A DNA stretch of 59,117 nucleotides, counting the filler. It is 6 parts of 6 records of this genome, joined end to end, with 100 filler letters (N's around TTAATTAATTAA, not from the genome) between each part and the next. Parts side by side here need not be neighbours in the genome. Positions count along the whole stretch, not along the records: positions 15,214 to 34,664 come from SRR20825006_459; 5 more parts are not named here. One strand, 5' to 3'. The notes under the pieces are model-generated. The model was not told the origin of the DNA. It worked only from the letters and a program-made list of their open reading frames with translations, and searched no databases. Below, in pieces: positions 19,084-28,226 of this stretch. Made by a program: the position numbers and the translations under genes. Every line of letters begins with the position of its first letter. The first letter of the stretch is position 1.

Positions 19084-19646
19084 TGCCAAAACGGCAAGTC
19101 GGATTTACCTTAGTGGAGATTCTTGTTGCCCTACTTATTGTCCTGGTCGGTTTAATGGGCGGAGCGGGCTTTATAGCGCGCTCTGTTCAGCAGGAAGTGG
19201 AGGCTTATCAGCGCTTACAGGCGCTTAATTTACTCCAGGATATGGTGAGTCGGATTAATGCAAACCGGCTTGTCGTGAGTTGTTATTCTGCGGGAGCCAA
19301 TGGCTTGGCCTTAGGGCACGGGGCCTCCAACCCGCCCGCTTGCGCTCAAGGTTCTGCCGAGCAACGCGAGACCGCAGACGAGGATCTTGTGCAGTGGAAT
19401 GCCGCATTGATTGGCAGCGCCCAACAAAATAAAAGTGACGAGAGTATCGGCGCGATGATTGGTGCCCGTGGTTGCATACAGCAGCTAGACGCGGCTACGC
19501 GTCAATATCGCGTGAGTGTCGCCTGGCAAGGTCTGAACGAAACCTCTGCTCCCTCTGATAACTTGACCTGTGGAAAGAACCAATACGGTGACGAAAAGCA
19601 GCGAAGAATTGTTACCGCGATCGTGCGAATTGGAGACTTAACGTGA
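19083..19646 (+). CDS. pilV: Type IV minor pilin PilV
   Basis: G|FTLVEIL, QR.QA..L.QDM..RI.AN, DL.QW; position in operon. Confidence 0.88.
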   Translation: MPKRQVGFTLVEILVALLIVLVGLMGGAGFIARSVQQEVEAYQRLQALNLLQDMVSRINANRLVVSCYSAGANGLALGHGASNPPACAQGSAEQRETADEDLVQWNAALIGSAQQNKSDESIGAMIGARGCIQQLDAATRQYRVSVAWQGLNETSAPSDNLTCGKNQYGDEKQRRIVTAIVRIGDLT

Positions 19647-20683
19647 ACCTGTCTAGGCGGCAGCAACGGGGCCTTTCTTTGGTTGAGCTCATGATTGCTC
19701 TGGGTTTGGGCGCCTTTATGCTATTGGGGATTATTTCCTTAGTTGCCTCCGTCAGTCAGACCCGCACCAAGCTCTCTCTGGTATCAGATCAAGCAGAGAG
19801 CGGGCGGTATGCTCTGCATGCACTGAATGAAGAGTTGGCACTGGCGGGTTTTCTCGGCACCTATCATCCGGGTGTTGGTGTGGCCGATTACCAGCTCGTT
19901 GACCCATGCGTAAATAGTGGCAATGCGAGTGACCTAGGTTTTGATCCGAGTACGCTTGCGCTGCCGCTTGCGGTGTCTGGTGTTGTCAGCGGTGCCGCAA
20001 TGCCGGCATGTATTGGTGCAGATAGTCCGGTGGCGAACTCGCCGATGCTGAACATTCATCGTGTGGACGTTGCCGAGGTGGACGTGGCGAGCATCGCGGC
20101 GGGAAACACGACACCGTATCTGCAGGTTTCCAACTGTGAGCTAGATGCTCTGCCTTATGTACTGAATACAGACCCTGCTGCGCTTACCTTGCGGGCAAAG
20201 GGTTGCGCGTCATTAGCAAGTGCTCGCCCTTACCTCGTTCGCAGCTACTTTATAAGCGATTGTGAGGATTGTGCCGATGGTGGTGATGGTCGCCCCACAC
20301 TTAAAATGCTGGAGTACAGCAGTGGGGTTCGGCGCGTACTGCCACTGGTCTCCGGCGTCGAAGACCTGCACATCGAATACGGATTAGATTTAGATATCGA
20401 CGGTGGCCCCGATTGCTATGTGAGTGATCCCGGAGCCGCCGTTGCGCCCGGTGGCTGCCCGGCCGCAGAGTGGTCTAGTACGGCAACGGAAAACTGGCGG
20501 GATACCGTTGCTGTGCGAGTACATTTATTGATTCGCTCTGAAGAACCGATTTTAGCGGAGCCAGTTGAAGACACCTTTGACCTTGGTCGCGCTGACAGGG
20601 TGGGGCCTTTCGACGACCGTTTTAAACGGCAAGTTGTGTCGACCGTTGTGTTAATACCTAATGTTGCGGGGCCGAGAGAATGA
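19643..20683 (+). CDS. pilW: Type IV minor pilin PilW
   Basis: G|LSLVELMIAL, ESGRYAL..AGF, GVEDL.IEYGLD, AVRVHLLIRS. Confidence 0.88.
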   Translation: MNLSRRQQRGLSLVELMIALGLGAFMLLGIISLVASVSQTRTKLSLVSDQAESGRYALHALNEELALAGFLGTYHPGVGVADYQLVDPCVNSGNASDLGFDPSTLALPLAVSGVVSGAAMPACIGADSPVANSPMLNIHRVDVAEVDVASIAAGNTTPYLQVSNCELDALPYVLNTDPAALTLRAKGCASLASARPYLVRSYFISDCEDCADGGDGRPTLKMLEYSSGVRRVLPLVSGVEDLHIEYGLDLDIDGGPDCYVSDPGAAVAPGGCPAAEWSSTATENWRDTVAVRVHLLIRSEEPILAEPVEDTFDLGRADRVGPFDDRFKRQVVSTVVLIPNVAGPRE

Positions 20684-21231
20684 TAAGCGTAAAGCGACAG
20701 TCAGGCTTGGTATTGATCGTAGTGCTCGTCATGCTGGGGATATTCAGCATTATCATTGTCAGCATGCTGAGCGGCAGCAATATTAATTTTAAAATAGCCG
20801 GTAATCAGCAGTATCACATCGAATCAAAAAATGCGGCGAGTAACGCCATAGAATCTTTTGTCAGTAATCCGGCTAATTTCGCAATTCCATTGCCCGACGG
20901 GAATACGGAGTTTGGCAGCGACTTCAATGGTGATGGTAGTGATGACATGGTTGCTGTGGTCGCGCCGCCAACCTGTCTGAGTACAGACCCAATAAAACAG
21001 GTAGAACTTGATGTCGCCGACCCAGCAGATGCTCAGTGCCTGGGAACGGGTAAAAATAATACCAGCGGTGTGCTGACGGATGACGACGTTGCCCTCCAAG
21101 GCAACTCCTGGTGTACCAAAATGCGCTGGGATATCGCCGCAACAGTGGGTGACGCTAAGACTGAAAGCCGCTTGGAAATGCACCAAGGGGTGTATTTGCG
21201 CGAAGTCATTGGGACGCCCTGTTTGAATTAA
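20680..21231 (+). CDS. pilX: Type IV minor pilin PilX
   Basis: QSG|LVLIVVL prepilin lacking Glu5 (typical of PilX), IAGN. Confidence 0.82.
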   Translation: MISVKRQSGLVLIVVLVMLGIFSIIIVSMLSGSNINFKIAGNQQYHIESKNAASNAIESFVSNPANFAIPLPDGNTEFGSDFNGDGSDDMVAVVAPPTCLSTDPIKQVELDVADPADAQCLGTGKNNTSGVLTDDDVALQGNSWCTKMRWDIAATVGDAKTESRLEMHQGVYLREVIGTPCLN

Positions 21232-21268
21232 TTCTCCGGTTTAACCGGTGTTAGAAAGAGTGAAGGCC

Positions 21269-24200
21269 ATGAAAACGCTAATTAGTTGGATCCGTCTGTC
21301 GCTTCTATTTATCGCGATGTCTGCGCCGACACAGGCCGAGGATATCGATTTATTCGCTGGGATCACCCCTGGCGGTGCCAACCCCCCAACGGTGTTGCTG
21401 GGTTGGCACAGTACGGCGAACTCCAATGCCAATGTCACCCACGGCTGCGTTTACGGAGATAGCGGCGCGGCCCCATCGCTTGGTGATACGGTGGGCGGTA
21501 TGGAGCAGTGTGCGCTGGTGAACACCATGCTCTCTCTATTAGACGCCGAAAATGATTACTTGCTAGGTGCAATTAAGATTGGCCTGATGGTATTCAATGA
21601 AAATGGTTACAGCAGCTTCAATAATGGCACGGGTTTAGGTAATGGCGATAACCGGTGTGGTTATTTGCTTGTGCCACCAACACTGATGGACAGCTCTGGC
21701 ATTAACAGCTTCATTAGCAAGCTTAAAAGTATTGATAAAAACAACTTGGCAAACCAGTCGCGGCTGGGTGATCTGATTGCCGAAAGTTGGGCCATGTTGA
21801 ATGGTCTGGCAACCTCTTGTTCAGGCGTTGACTACTCCGGTCTTGCGGAAGCGGCGACCCAATGCCGCGACGCCGTGCTCGTCTATATTGGCAATGCCAC
21901 GAAGGAAAACTCCAGTGTTGCCGATGGCACGGGAAGCCCCGATACGCTATTGAAAAACCAGTTAACAAGTGAGTTTTCCTACAGCACCGGTTCTTCTCAG
22001 TACAAGTTTTTTGCCACACCGCGCGCGGTTACCCAGCTCACCAATTCAGACTCATCCAATAATAAATATTGGGGGGATGAATGGGCGCAGTTTATGAATC
22101 TGGTAGATACCAGTGACAGCGCACAATCTGATCGCAATGTCAGTACCTACTCTATAGCGGTTTACGATCCTAGCTTAGAAACAAAGCTGGCTGGCGAGAT
22201 CAACTTCCTCGCAGATTTAGCCAATGTCGGTGGCGGCAAGGCCTTCAAGGTGACTGCCGATAATCATGCGGGGCTGGCGGAGGTGCTCCTGCAGATATTT
22301 AATGAAGTGCAGGATATTAACAGTGCATTTTCATCGGCGACGCTGCCTGTTAGTGCTAACACGCAAGGCACCTTTCTGAACCAAGTTTATATCGCCAGCT
22401 TTCGGCCAGACAGCGATGCGGCGCCTCGTTGGAACGGCAACGTTAAACAGTATCAGCTCGGCTTTGACGCCGGTGGAAATATCGTTTTAACTGATTCGAC
22501 TCAGGATGTGGCGTCGGTGGTTACTTCTGTTACTAACCCCATCACCGGAGCAATTGTTGATGATGCAGTGAGCTTCTGGACGACAAACACGCCCAAGGAT
22601 GCGTCAGGCGCCGCCGTGGCGGATTGGCCGCTGGATGGCTTCTGGCGTAATAGCCCGGAAGGAGAGGGCTTTGCCTTTGACCACCCTGACGGCGATTTAG
22701 TTGAGAAAGGCGGTGCGGGCCAGTTATTGCGCGTGAACAACCTGACCACATCGTCAGGCCGCAAAGTGTATACCTGTAACAGTGTCGGAAATTGTCCGAG
22801 TGCGTCGGCTCTACCAGAGTTTAAAACGACGAATACTGCTTTGGTGTCCCAGCTAGATGCGGAGCTGGGCGCTGCCGAAGAGGGTGGTAATGCATCGATA
22901 AGCGTTGGCCGCTATGACGATGGCGAAACGATATCAACAAGCTGTTCAGGTAAAGGGAATAATATTACCTGCACCATCGCTCACGATGGCAGTGGCGGTA
23001 CCCAGCTTGACGCCGCAACCGACAGAGTGGTGATACTAAACGCGTGGAACGAATCGCTGCAGGCCAACAAGCAGAGCTGTACCTTCGCCGCACCCTGCAG
23101 CATCAGCAATGTCACGGCCACTAGCTTTGACGTTGCCTCTCGCAATATCCCCGATGGTCAAACGTACAATGGTGCAGTGATTGTTGAAGTGAGCCGAGCT
23201 GCCCGTGTGGCGCAAACCTCCCATGGCTTGTCATTGGGAGACCAGGTTGAATTAGAGGGCTGTACTGTCGGCTCTACCGCCAATACACACAATAGCGCCT
23301 TGCTCAACGGTACGGTGCTTGGCAGTGTGATTGCAGTTACTGATGCGGATAACTACCTGCTCAGACTTGGCGATTATGTGCTTGCCGAAAACAACAATGT
23401 AAGTTGTGGCAGCAGTGCAGTGTCGCTAACCGCCGAGACCCTCATCGATTGGGTACGGGGGGAAGATATTATCGGCAATGAAAGCCGTCGAGGCCCATGC
23501 CCACCCGAGCTGCGCGGGAGCGATTGTCCGATCACCGCGCGGGGGTCGATTCATGCAGATGTCCTGCACTCGCGCCCCGCGGTTATCAACTACGGCGGCA
23601 CTACCGGGGTTGTTGTGTTCTACGGCTCCAACGATGGTCACTTCCACGCCATCAATGGTAATCAGGCAGGTAATATCGCCGGCGTACAACCCGGTGGTGA
23701 GTTATGGAGCTTTATAGCGCCGGAGTTCTTTGGCAAGTTTAAGCGGCAATTCAATAACGACCCGCTGGTGAAGTACCCAAATGTGCTCGACAGCCGGGCT
23801 CAGCCGCGCGACTACTTTTTCGACGGAAACACCACGATTCTGCAGGACAAGCGCACCGGTAAGCCCACGTCTGGAAAGTCCTTGATCTTTATGTCGGCGC
23901 GCCGTGGCGGACGTTTACTTTATGCACTCGATGTCAGCAATGTCGCGGAACCGCGTTATCTGTGGTCGCTGACGAATGATCAGGTTCCGGAGTTGGGGCA
24001 GACATGGTCGCAGGCCCAGCTGACCTTAATCAAAGGTCACAGCAACCCCGTATTGATCTTGGGGGCGGGCTACGACCCCGCCGAGGACCAAGAGCCAGCA
24101 CCTGCAACGAATAGCCAGGGGCGGGGTATTCTCATACTGGATGCGATGACCGGAGGAGTGCTGTGGGCAGCGCTGGCTGACTGTACCGGTGTCACCGTGG

Positions 24201-25096
24201 CAACAGGCGGACACTGCGAGACCGTTTCCGCGATGACGAAATCGTTTCCCGCTGATGTAACGGTTCTGGATAAGGACTTAGATGGCTTCACCGACCGCCT
24301 CTATGCGGCAGATGTGGGCGGGAATATATGGCGTGTTGACCTTGAGGCAGCCAGCCCCGCGACAACCGCCTTTAGCGACATTGAAGTCAATAAGTTCGCA
24401 AGCCTGGGGGGCAGTGGCAACAGTGCTCGCAAATTCCTCTTCGCCCCGGATGTCGTGCCCACGAATAATTTCGACGCTGTGGTGGCGGTCTCCGGCGACC
24501 GTGAGCACCCGCTTTATACCAGTAGTACCACCGCCGGGCTTGCCTACAATGTCGAGAATAAGTTTTTCATGATTATGGACAAAAATACCGGTAAGTCGAT
24601 GCCCTCGACTCACTCGGCAGTGACCGTAAGTGACCTCGTTGACCAAAGCACTTTGCAGTGTACCGACGGCAGCGGTGGCATTGTGTCCTGTGGTAGCGAA
24701 GGAGCGACCGAACTGTATTTTAGTGGTTTGGATAGCGGTGTCGCAGGGTATTACTTTGACCTGTTGGTGGGTGAAAAAGGCGTTAACGCACCATTGGCGG
24801 TTGCCGGGAAAGTCTATTTTGGTACCAACCAGCCGGATGTGCCCGATGCTGAAAGTTGCAGTGCAAATTTGGGTAACGCCGGCGCCTATGTTGTGAACCT
24901 TGTGACGGGTGAGCGGCAGAGAAATGAATTCTCTGGTGGTGGACTTCCACCGTCGCCCATTGCCGGGCTTGTGACGATTGACGGAAAAACCGTGCCCTTT
25001 GTGATTGGTGGGGCGGGGCCATCACCCTTTGATCCCAGCACCCCCGCGCTCGACCTGTCCGGCGGGCGAAAACGCACCTACTGGTATTACGAATAA
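21269..25096 (+). CDS. pilY1: PilY1-like adhesin (copy 2) with internal insertion
   Basis: Signal peptide, EDIDLF, WNGNVKQY, DVLHSRP, GSNDGHFHA, Ca loop DKDLDGFTD, YAADVGGNIWRVD, RTYWY. Confidence 0.88.
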   Translation: MKTLISWIRLSLLFIAMSAPTQAEDIDLFAGITPGGANPPTVLLGWHSTANSNANVTHGCVYGDSGAAPSLGDTVGGMEQCALVNTMLSLLDAENDYLLGAIKIGLMVFNENGYSSFNNGTGLGNGDNRCGYLLVPPTLMDSSGINSFISKLKSIDKNNLANQSRLGDLIAESWAMLNGLATSCSGVDYSGLAEAATQCRDAVLVYIGNATKENSSVADGTGSPDTLLKNQLTSEFSYSTGSSQYKFFATPRAVTQLTNSDSSNNKYWGDEWAQFMNLVDTSDSAQSDRNVSTYSIAVYDPSLETKLAGEINFLADLANVGGGKAFKVTADNHAGLAEVLLQIFNEVQDINSAFSSATLPVSANTQGTFLNQVYIASFRPDSDAAPRWNGNVKQYQLGFDAGGNIVLTDSTQDVASVVTSVTNPITGAIVDDAVSFWTTNTPKDASGAAVADWPLDGFWRNSPEGEGFAFDHPDGDLVEKGGAGQLLRVNNLTTSSGRKVYTCNSVGNCPSASALPEFKTTNTALVSQLDAELGAAEEGGNASISVGRYDDGETISTSCSGKGNNITCTIAHDGSGGTQLDAATDRVVILNAWNESLQANKQSCTFAAPCSISNVTATSFDVASRNIPDGQTYNGAVIVEVSRAARVAQTSHGLSLGDQVELEGCTVGSTANTHNSALLNGTVLGSVIAVTDADNYLLRLGDYVLAENNNVSCGSSAVSLTAETLIDWVRGEDIIGNESRRGPCPPELRGSDCPITARGSIHADVLHSRPAVINYGGTTGVVVFYGSNDGHFHAINGNQAGNIAGVQPGGELWSFIAPEFFGKFKRQFNNDPLVKYPNVLDSRAQPRDYFFDGNTTILQDKRTGKPTSGKSLIFMSARRGGRLLYALDVSNVAEPRYLWSLTNDQVPELGQTWSQAQLTLIKGHSNPVLILGAGYDPAEDQEPAPATNSQGRGILILDAMTGGVLWAALADCTGVTVATGGHCETVSAMTKSFPADVTVLDKDLDGFTDRLYAADVGGNIWRVDLEAASPATTAFSDIEVNKFASLGGSGNSARKFLFAPDVVPTNNFDAVVAVSGDREHPLYTSSTTAGLAYNVENKFFMIMDKNTGKSMPSTHSAVTVSDLVDQSTLQCTDGSGGIVSCGSEGATELYFSGLDSGVAGYYFDLLVGEKGVNAPLAVAGKVYFGTNQPDVPDAESCSANLGNAGAYVVNLVTGERQRNEFSGGGLPPSPIAGLVTIDGKTVPFVIGGAGPSPFDPSTPALDLSGGRKRTYWYYE

Positions 25097-25097
25097 A

Positions 25098-25125
25098 GAA
25101 AAAGGCAGCCTCGGCTGCCTTTTTC
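25098..25125. terminator. Bidirectional Rho-independent terminator
   Basis: GAAAAAGGCAGCC-TC-GGCTGCCTTTTTC between convergent pilY1 and pilR. Confidence 0.85.
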
Positions 25126-25139
25126 GTTCTATGAGTTCA

Positions 25140-26492
25140 TTAGTCGAGGTTGTACTTCTTTAGTTTGTAGCGAAATTGCCGGAAGGTGAGCCCCAGCAAC
25201 TTCGCTGACTCCGTCTTATTGCCCTGTTGGGCTTTTAGCGCGGCATTGATAATGTTTTGTTCAATGCTCGCCAGATACCCCTCCACGTCTCCGATAGCTG
25301 CCGATAGGTGGTCGGCGTGTTTATCCGGGTTCACGCTGCTATTTGATGCCGGTAGCGATAGATCCTTGGCAGTGATGATCTCGTCGTCGCACAGTGTTGC
25401 GGCGCGTTCAATAATGTTTTCCAATTCGCGGACATTGCCGGGAAAGGGGTAACTGCTCAGCGCATTAAGAGCATCTTCACTGAGGCGGGGGGCCGGTATA
25501 CCCCACTCGCTAGCGATTTTCTCTAGCATAAAATTGGCCAATAACGGGATGTCGCTGACCCGTTGCCGCAGGCTGGGCACCGCGACCTCGATAACGTTAA
25601 TACGGTAGAACAGGTCACTGCGGAAGTGTTCTGAGGCGACTTCGCGGGATAGGTCTCTATGCGTGGCACTGAGTATGCGAACGTCGACGGCTATTTCCTC
25701 ATTTGAACCGATACGTCGCACCGCCTTTTCCTGAATGGCGCGAAGCAGTTTAACCTGCATATTCAGCGGCAGGTCGGCGACTTCGTCCAGGAAGAGAGTG
25801 CCGCCATTGGCGGCTTCAAATAAGCCTTCCTTATCACCGTAGGCGCCAGTAAAACTGCCCTTAACATGGCCAAAGAACTCACTTTCGACAAGCTCGTCGG
25901 GGATGGCACCACAGTTCACTGGGACAAAGGGAGCATTGCGGCGCGGCCCATTGGCGTGGATCATGCGCGCCACCACTTCCTTGCCACTGCCCGACTCGCC
26001 ACTGATGTAAACGGGAGCCTGGCTGCGGGCAAGTTTGGTGATTTGCTGGCGCAGTCGGCTGATAACGTCGGTTTCGCCGAGTAAGCGGGTGTTGCGGCTG
26101 CTGTCGATGGCGGTGGCGCTGCTACTCTCCAGTTGCAGGGCGGTTTTGATCAGGTTGCGCAACTGCTCAATAGACACCGGCTTGTTGATGAAGTCGAATG
26201 CCCCCGCCTTTAGCGCCTCAACCGCTAGCTCTGTGCTGCCGTAGGCAGTTAACACCGCAACGGCGGTTTCGCTGCAGTGCTGCTGGATGTGGTGAACGAC
26301 GTCCAAGCCCGAGCCATCTGGCAATTTGATATCGGTAAGACAAAGTTGAATAGTGTTTTGCTGCAGGAGCGCGATAGCGTCACTGACACAGCCGACCGAC
26401 TCGGTATGAAGGCCCATGCGACTGATGGTAATTTCCAGAAGTTCGCGAATATCCGGTTCGTCGTCAATGATGAGTACGGTTTTCTGTGTCAT
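25140..26492 (-). CDS. pilR: Sigma-54-dependent response regulator PilR
   Basis: Receiver domain, GESGSGKE, ESEFFGH.KGSFTGA, FPGNVRELEN, Fis HTH; next to pilS and pilus genes. Confidence 0.92.
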   Translation of the reverse strand: MTQKTVLIIDDEPDIRELLEITISRMGLHTESVGCVSDAIALLQQNTIQLCLTDIKLPDGSGLDVVHHIQQHCSETAVAVLTAYGSTELAVEALKAGAFDFINKPVSIEQLRNLIKTALQLESSSATAIDSSRNTRLLGETDVISRLRQQITKLARSQAPVYISGESGSGKEVVARMIHANGPRRNAPFVPVNCGAIPDELVESEFFGHVKGSFTGAYGDKEGLFEAANGGTLFLDEVADLPLNMQVKLLRAIQEKAVRRIGSNEEIAVDVRILSATHRDLSREVASEHFRSDLFYRINVIEVAVPSLRQRVSDIPLLANFMLEKIASEWGIPAPRLSEDALNALSSYPFPGNVRELENIIERAATLCDDEIITAKDLSLPASNSSVNPDKHADHLSAAIGDVEGYLASIEQNIINAALKAQQGNKTESAKLLGLTFRQFRYKLKKYNLD

Positions 26493-26507
26493 ATCGGCTT
26501 GTCAGTC

Positions 26508-28100
26508 TTAATCGGGGAACGCGCTGCGCTGCGGGTGGGCGAATTGTAATCGAAAACAGCTGTCGCCGCTGGGTTCCCGTCGGTAGCTAATAGCGATTTG
26601 GTTCGCCAGGCAGAGCTCGCGGCAAAGGTACAAGCCGAGCCCATTGCCCTGAGACTCCGTGGTGAAAAAGGGCTCAAAGATTTTGTCTTGATTGTCCTGT
26701 GAAATGCCGGGGCCATTATCGATGATATCCAGTGTTACACCGCCGCTAATACCGTTGCTCAAACGGTAGCGGATAACGGCTGTGTCGGCCTCTGCCAGGC
26801 TATGGCGAATACCGTTTTCCGTAATATTACTGAGGATCTGGTTTAGCTGGCTTTGGTCGACATTCACCGTATCGTTACTGCATTGTGAGTCGTCAGTTAG
26901 CAGCTGAATTTGCCCCTGATGAATGCTGTGCCAGTCCCGGCAAAAGCGCTGCAACCAGGGCATTAGTGCGAAGGCTTCAGGTTTGGGCAGTCGGCCGCGT
27001 GACAGCTCGAGAACATTTTTCACAATATCGTCCATGCGTTTTGCATGGTTTTGGATAATGCCGACAAAGCGCGCATCGCCGTCGTCGAGGTGAGGGCCTT
27101 CGGCGAGCAGTTGTGCCGCATGGCTGATTGCCGAAAGAGGGTTGCGTATTTCATGCGCGATGCTGGCGGTGAAGCGCCCAAGGGAGGCAAGCTTCAAGTT
27201 TTGCGCGCGCTGATTGATCTTGCTGATATTTTCAATATACAGCAGGAAGTCTTCGTCGTTGTCTTGGTCCAGCTGGGCGATGTTGACGTGTAATTCCACG
27301 CCCGAGGGCTGCAGCTGAATGATTTTCGACAAGCTGCTACCCGGTGCAGTGAGGGCGGTGATTTGCGGGGGAGCATAGAGTGAGTCGGGGCGACGTTGGT
27401 AGGGGACTTGCAAGAGCTCTGCGGCAGCGGCATTGCAGAGCTTGATGCGGCCACTGCGTGACATGACCACAATGCCAGTCTGCATTCGCTGCACAATGCT
27501 TTGGTTGATTTGCGAGAGCCGCTCTAAGTCACTGCGGCGGCGCTCTGCCAACTGCTGAGCGGAAATAATTCGTTGGCTGAGGTAGCGAATGGCAATGGCT
27601 GTCGAAAAATAGGCCATCCCCATCATGCCAGCGACGACAAATTGCTGGGTCTCTACGCGCTCGTACAGGGTGTTGGCTGCGACCTCGGCGATGGCGCTGA
27701 TGGTCGCCAGTGAGGCCAGAGACAGGCACAAGCGGGCGGGTAAGGTCATGCTGGCTGCGCTGATGCTAACCATCAACAGGGAGGCGAGGCCAGAGTCGGC
27801 GCTTGCCGAGCAGTAGCTCATCAGCATGATGCAGCCAATGTCGATGAAAAACTCGAAGAACAGCCCCGTGTCGTGATAGTGACGACTGGTCAGCAAGTGC
27901 TGGAACAAGGCAAGCAGTGAAAAAGCCAGGTAAGCAAAGGAAATCAGCGAATAGATGCCGGGGGCGGTGCTTCCCAGCACCGATTGACTGAAGCCGTAAA
28001 TGAAGATGAAAAACAGCGCGCTGGCTAGCAGCAGGCGGTACACCGCATATACCCGCATGACGGCGCGGCGTTGGCTGTGGTCGATGCTGGCGCTATGCAT
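26508..28100 (-). CDS. pilS: Sensor histidine kinase PilS
   Basis: YRLLLA N-terminus, several TM segments, KLASLGRFTASIAHEIRNPL, DNGPGI, FEPFFTT, GLGL. Confidence 0.9.
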   Translation of the reverse strand: MHSASIDHSQRRAVMRVYAVYRLLLASALFFIFIYGFSQSVLGSTAPGIYSLISFAYLAFSLLALFQHLLTSRHYHDTGLFFEFFIDIGCIMLMSYCSASADSGLASLLMVSISAASMTLPARLCLSLASLATISAIAEVAANTLYERVETQQFVVAGMMGMAYFSTAIAIRYLSQRIISAQQLAERRRSDLERLSQINQSIVQRMQTGIVVMSRSGRIKLCNAAAAELLQVPYQRRPDSLYAPPQITALTAPGSSLSKIIQLQPSGVELHVNIAQLDQDNDEDFLLYIENISKINQRAQNLKLASLGRFTASIAHEIRNPLSAISHAAQLLAEGPHLDDGDARFVGIIQNHAKRMDDIVKNVLELSRGRLPKPEAFALMPWLQRFCRDWHSIHQGQIQLLTDDSQCSNDTVNVDQSQLNQILSNITENGIRHSLAEADTAVIRYRLSNGISGGVTLDIIDNGPGISQDNQDKIFEPFFTTESQGNGLGLYLCRELCLANQIAISYRREPSGDSCFRLQFAHPQRSAFPD

Positions 28101-28226
28101 GATGATCTCGTTCAGATAATGCCAATAAGTGTATCTGGCAATTCCTGCGGATGCACATCGCGAGTTTTGATAGAATGCCTGCGCACCGCGGTAAGCCAAC
28201 GCCTATTAACGGGGATACACAGATTC

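Noticed and set aside
28071-28226. Head-to-head overlap of pilS and nadE implied by the ORF track
   Set aside because: Homology-consistent starts are 28100 (pilS) and 28227 (nadE), which leaves an ordinary divergent promoter gap.
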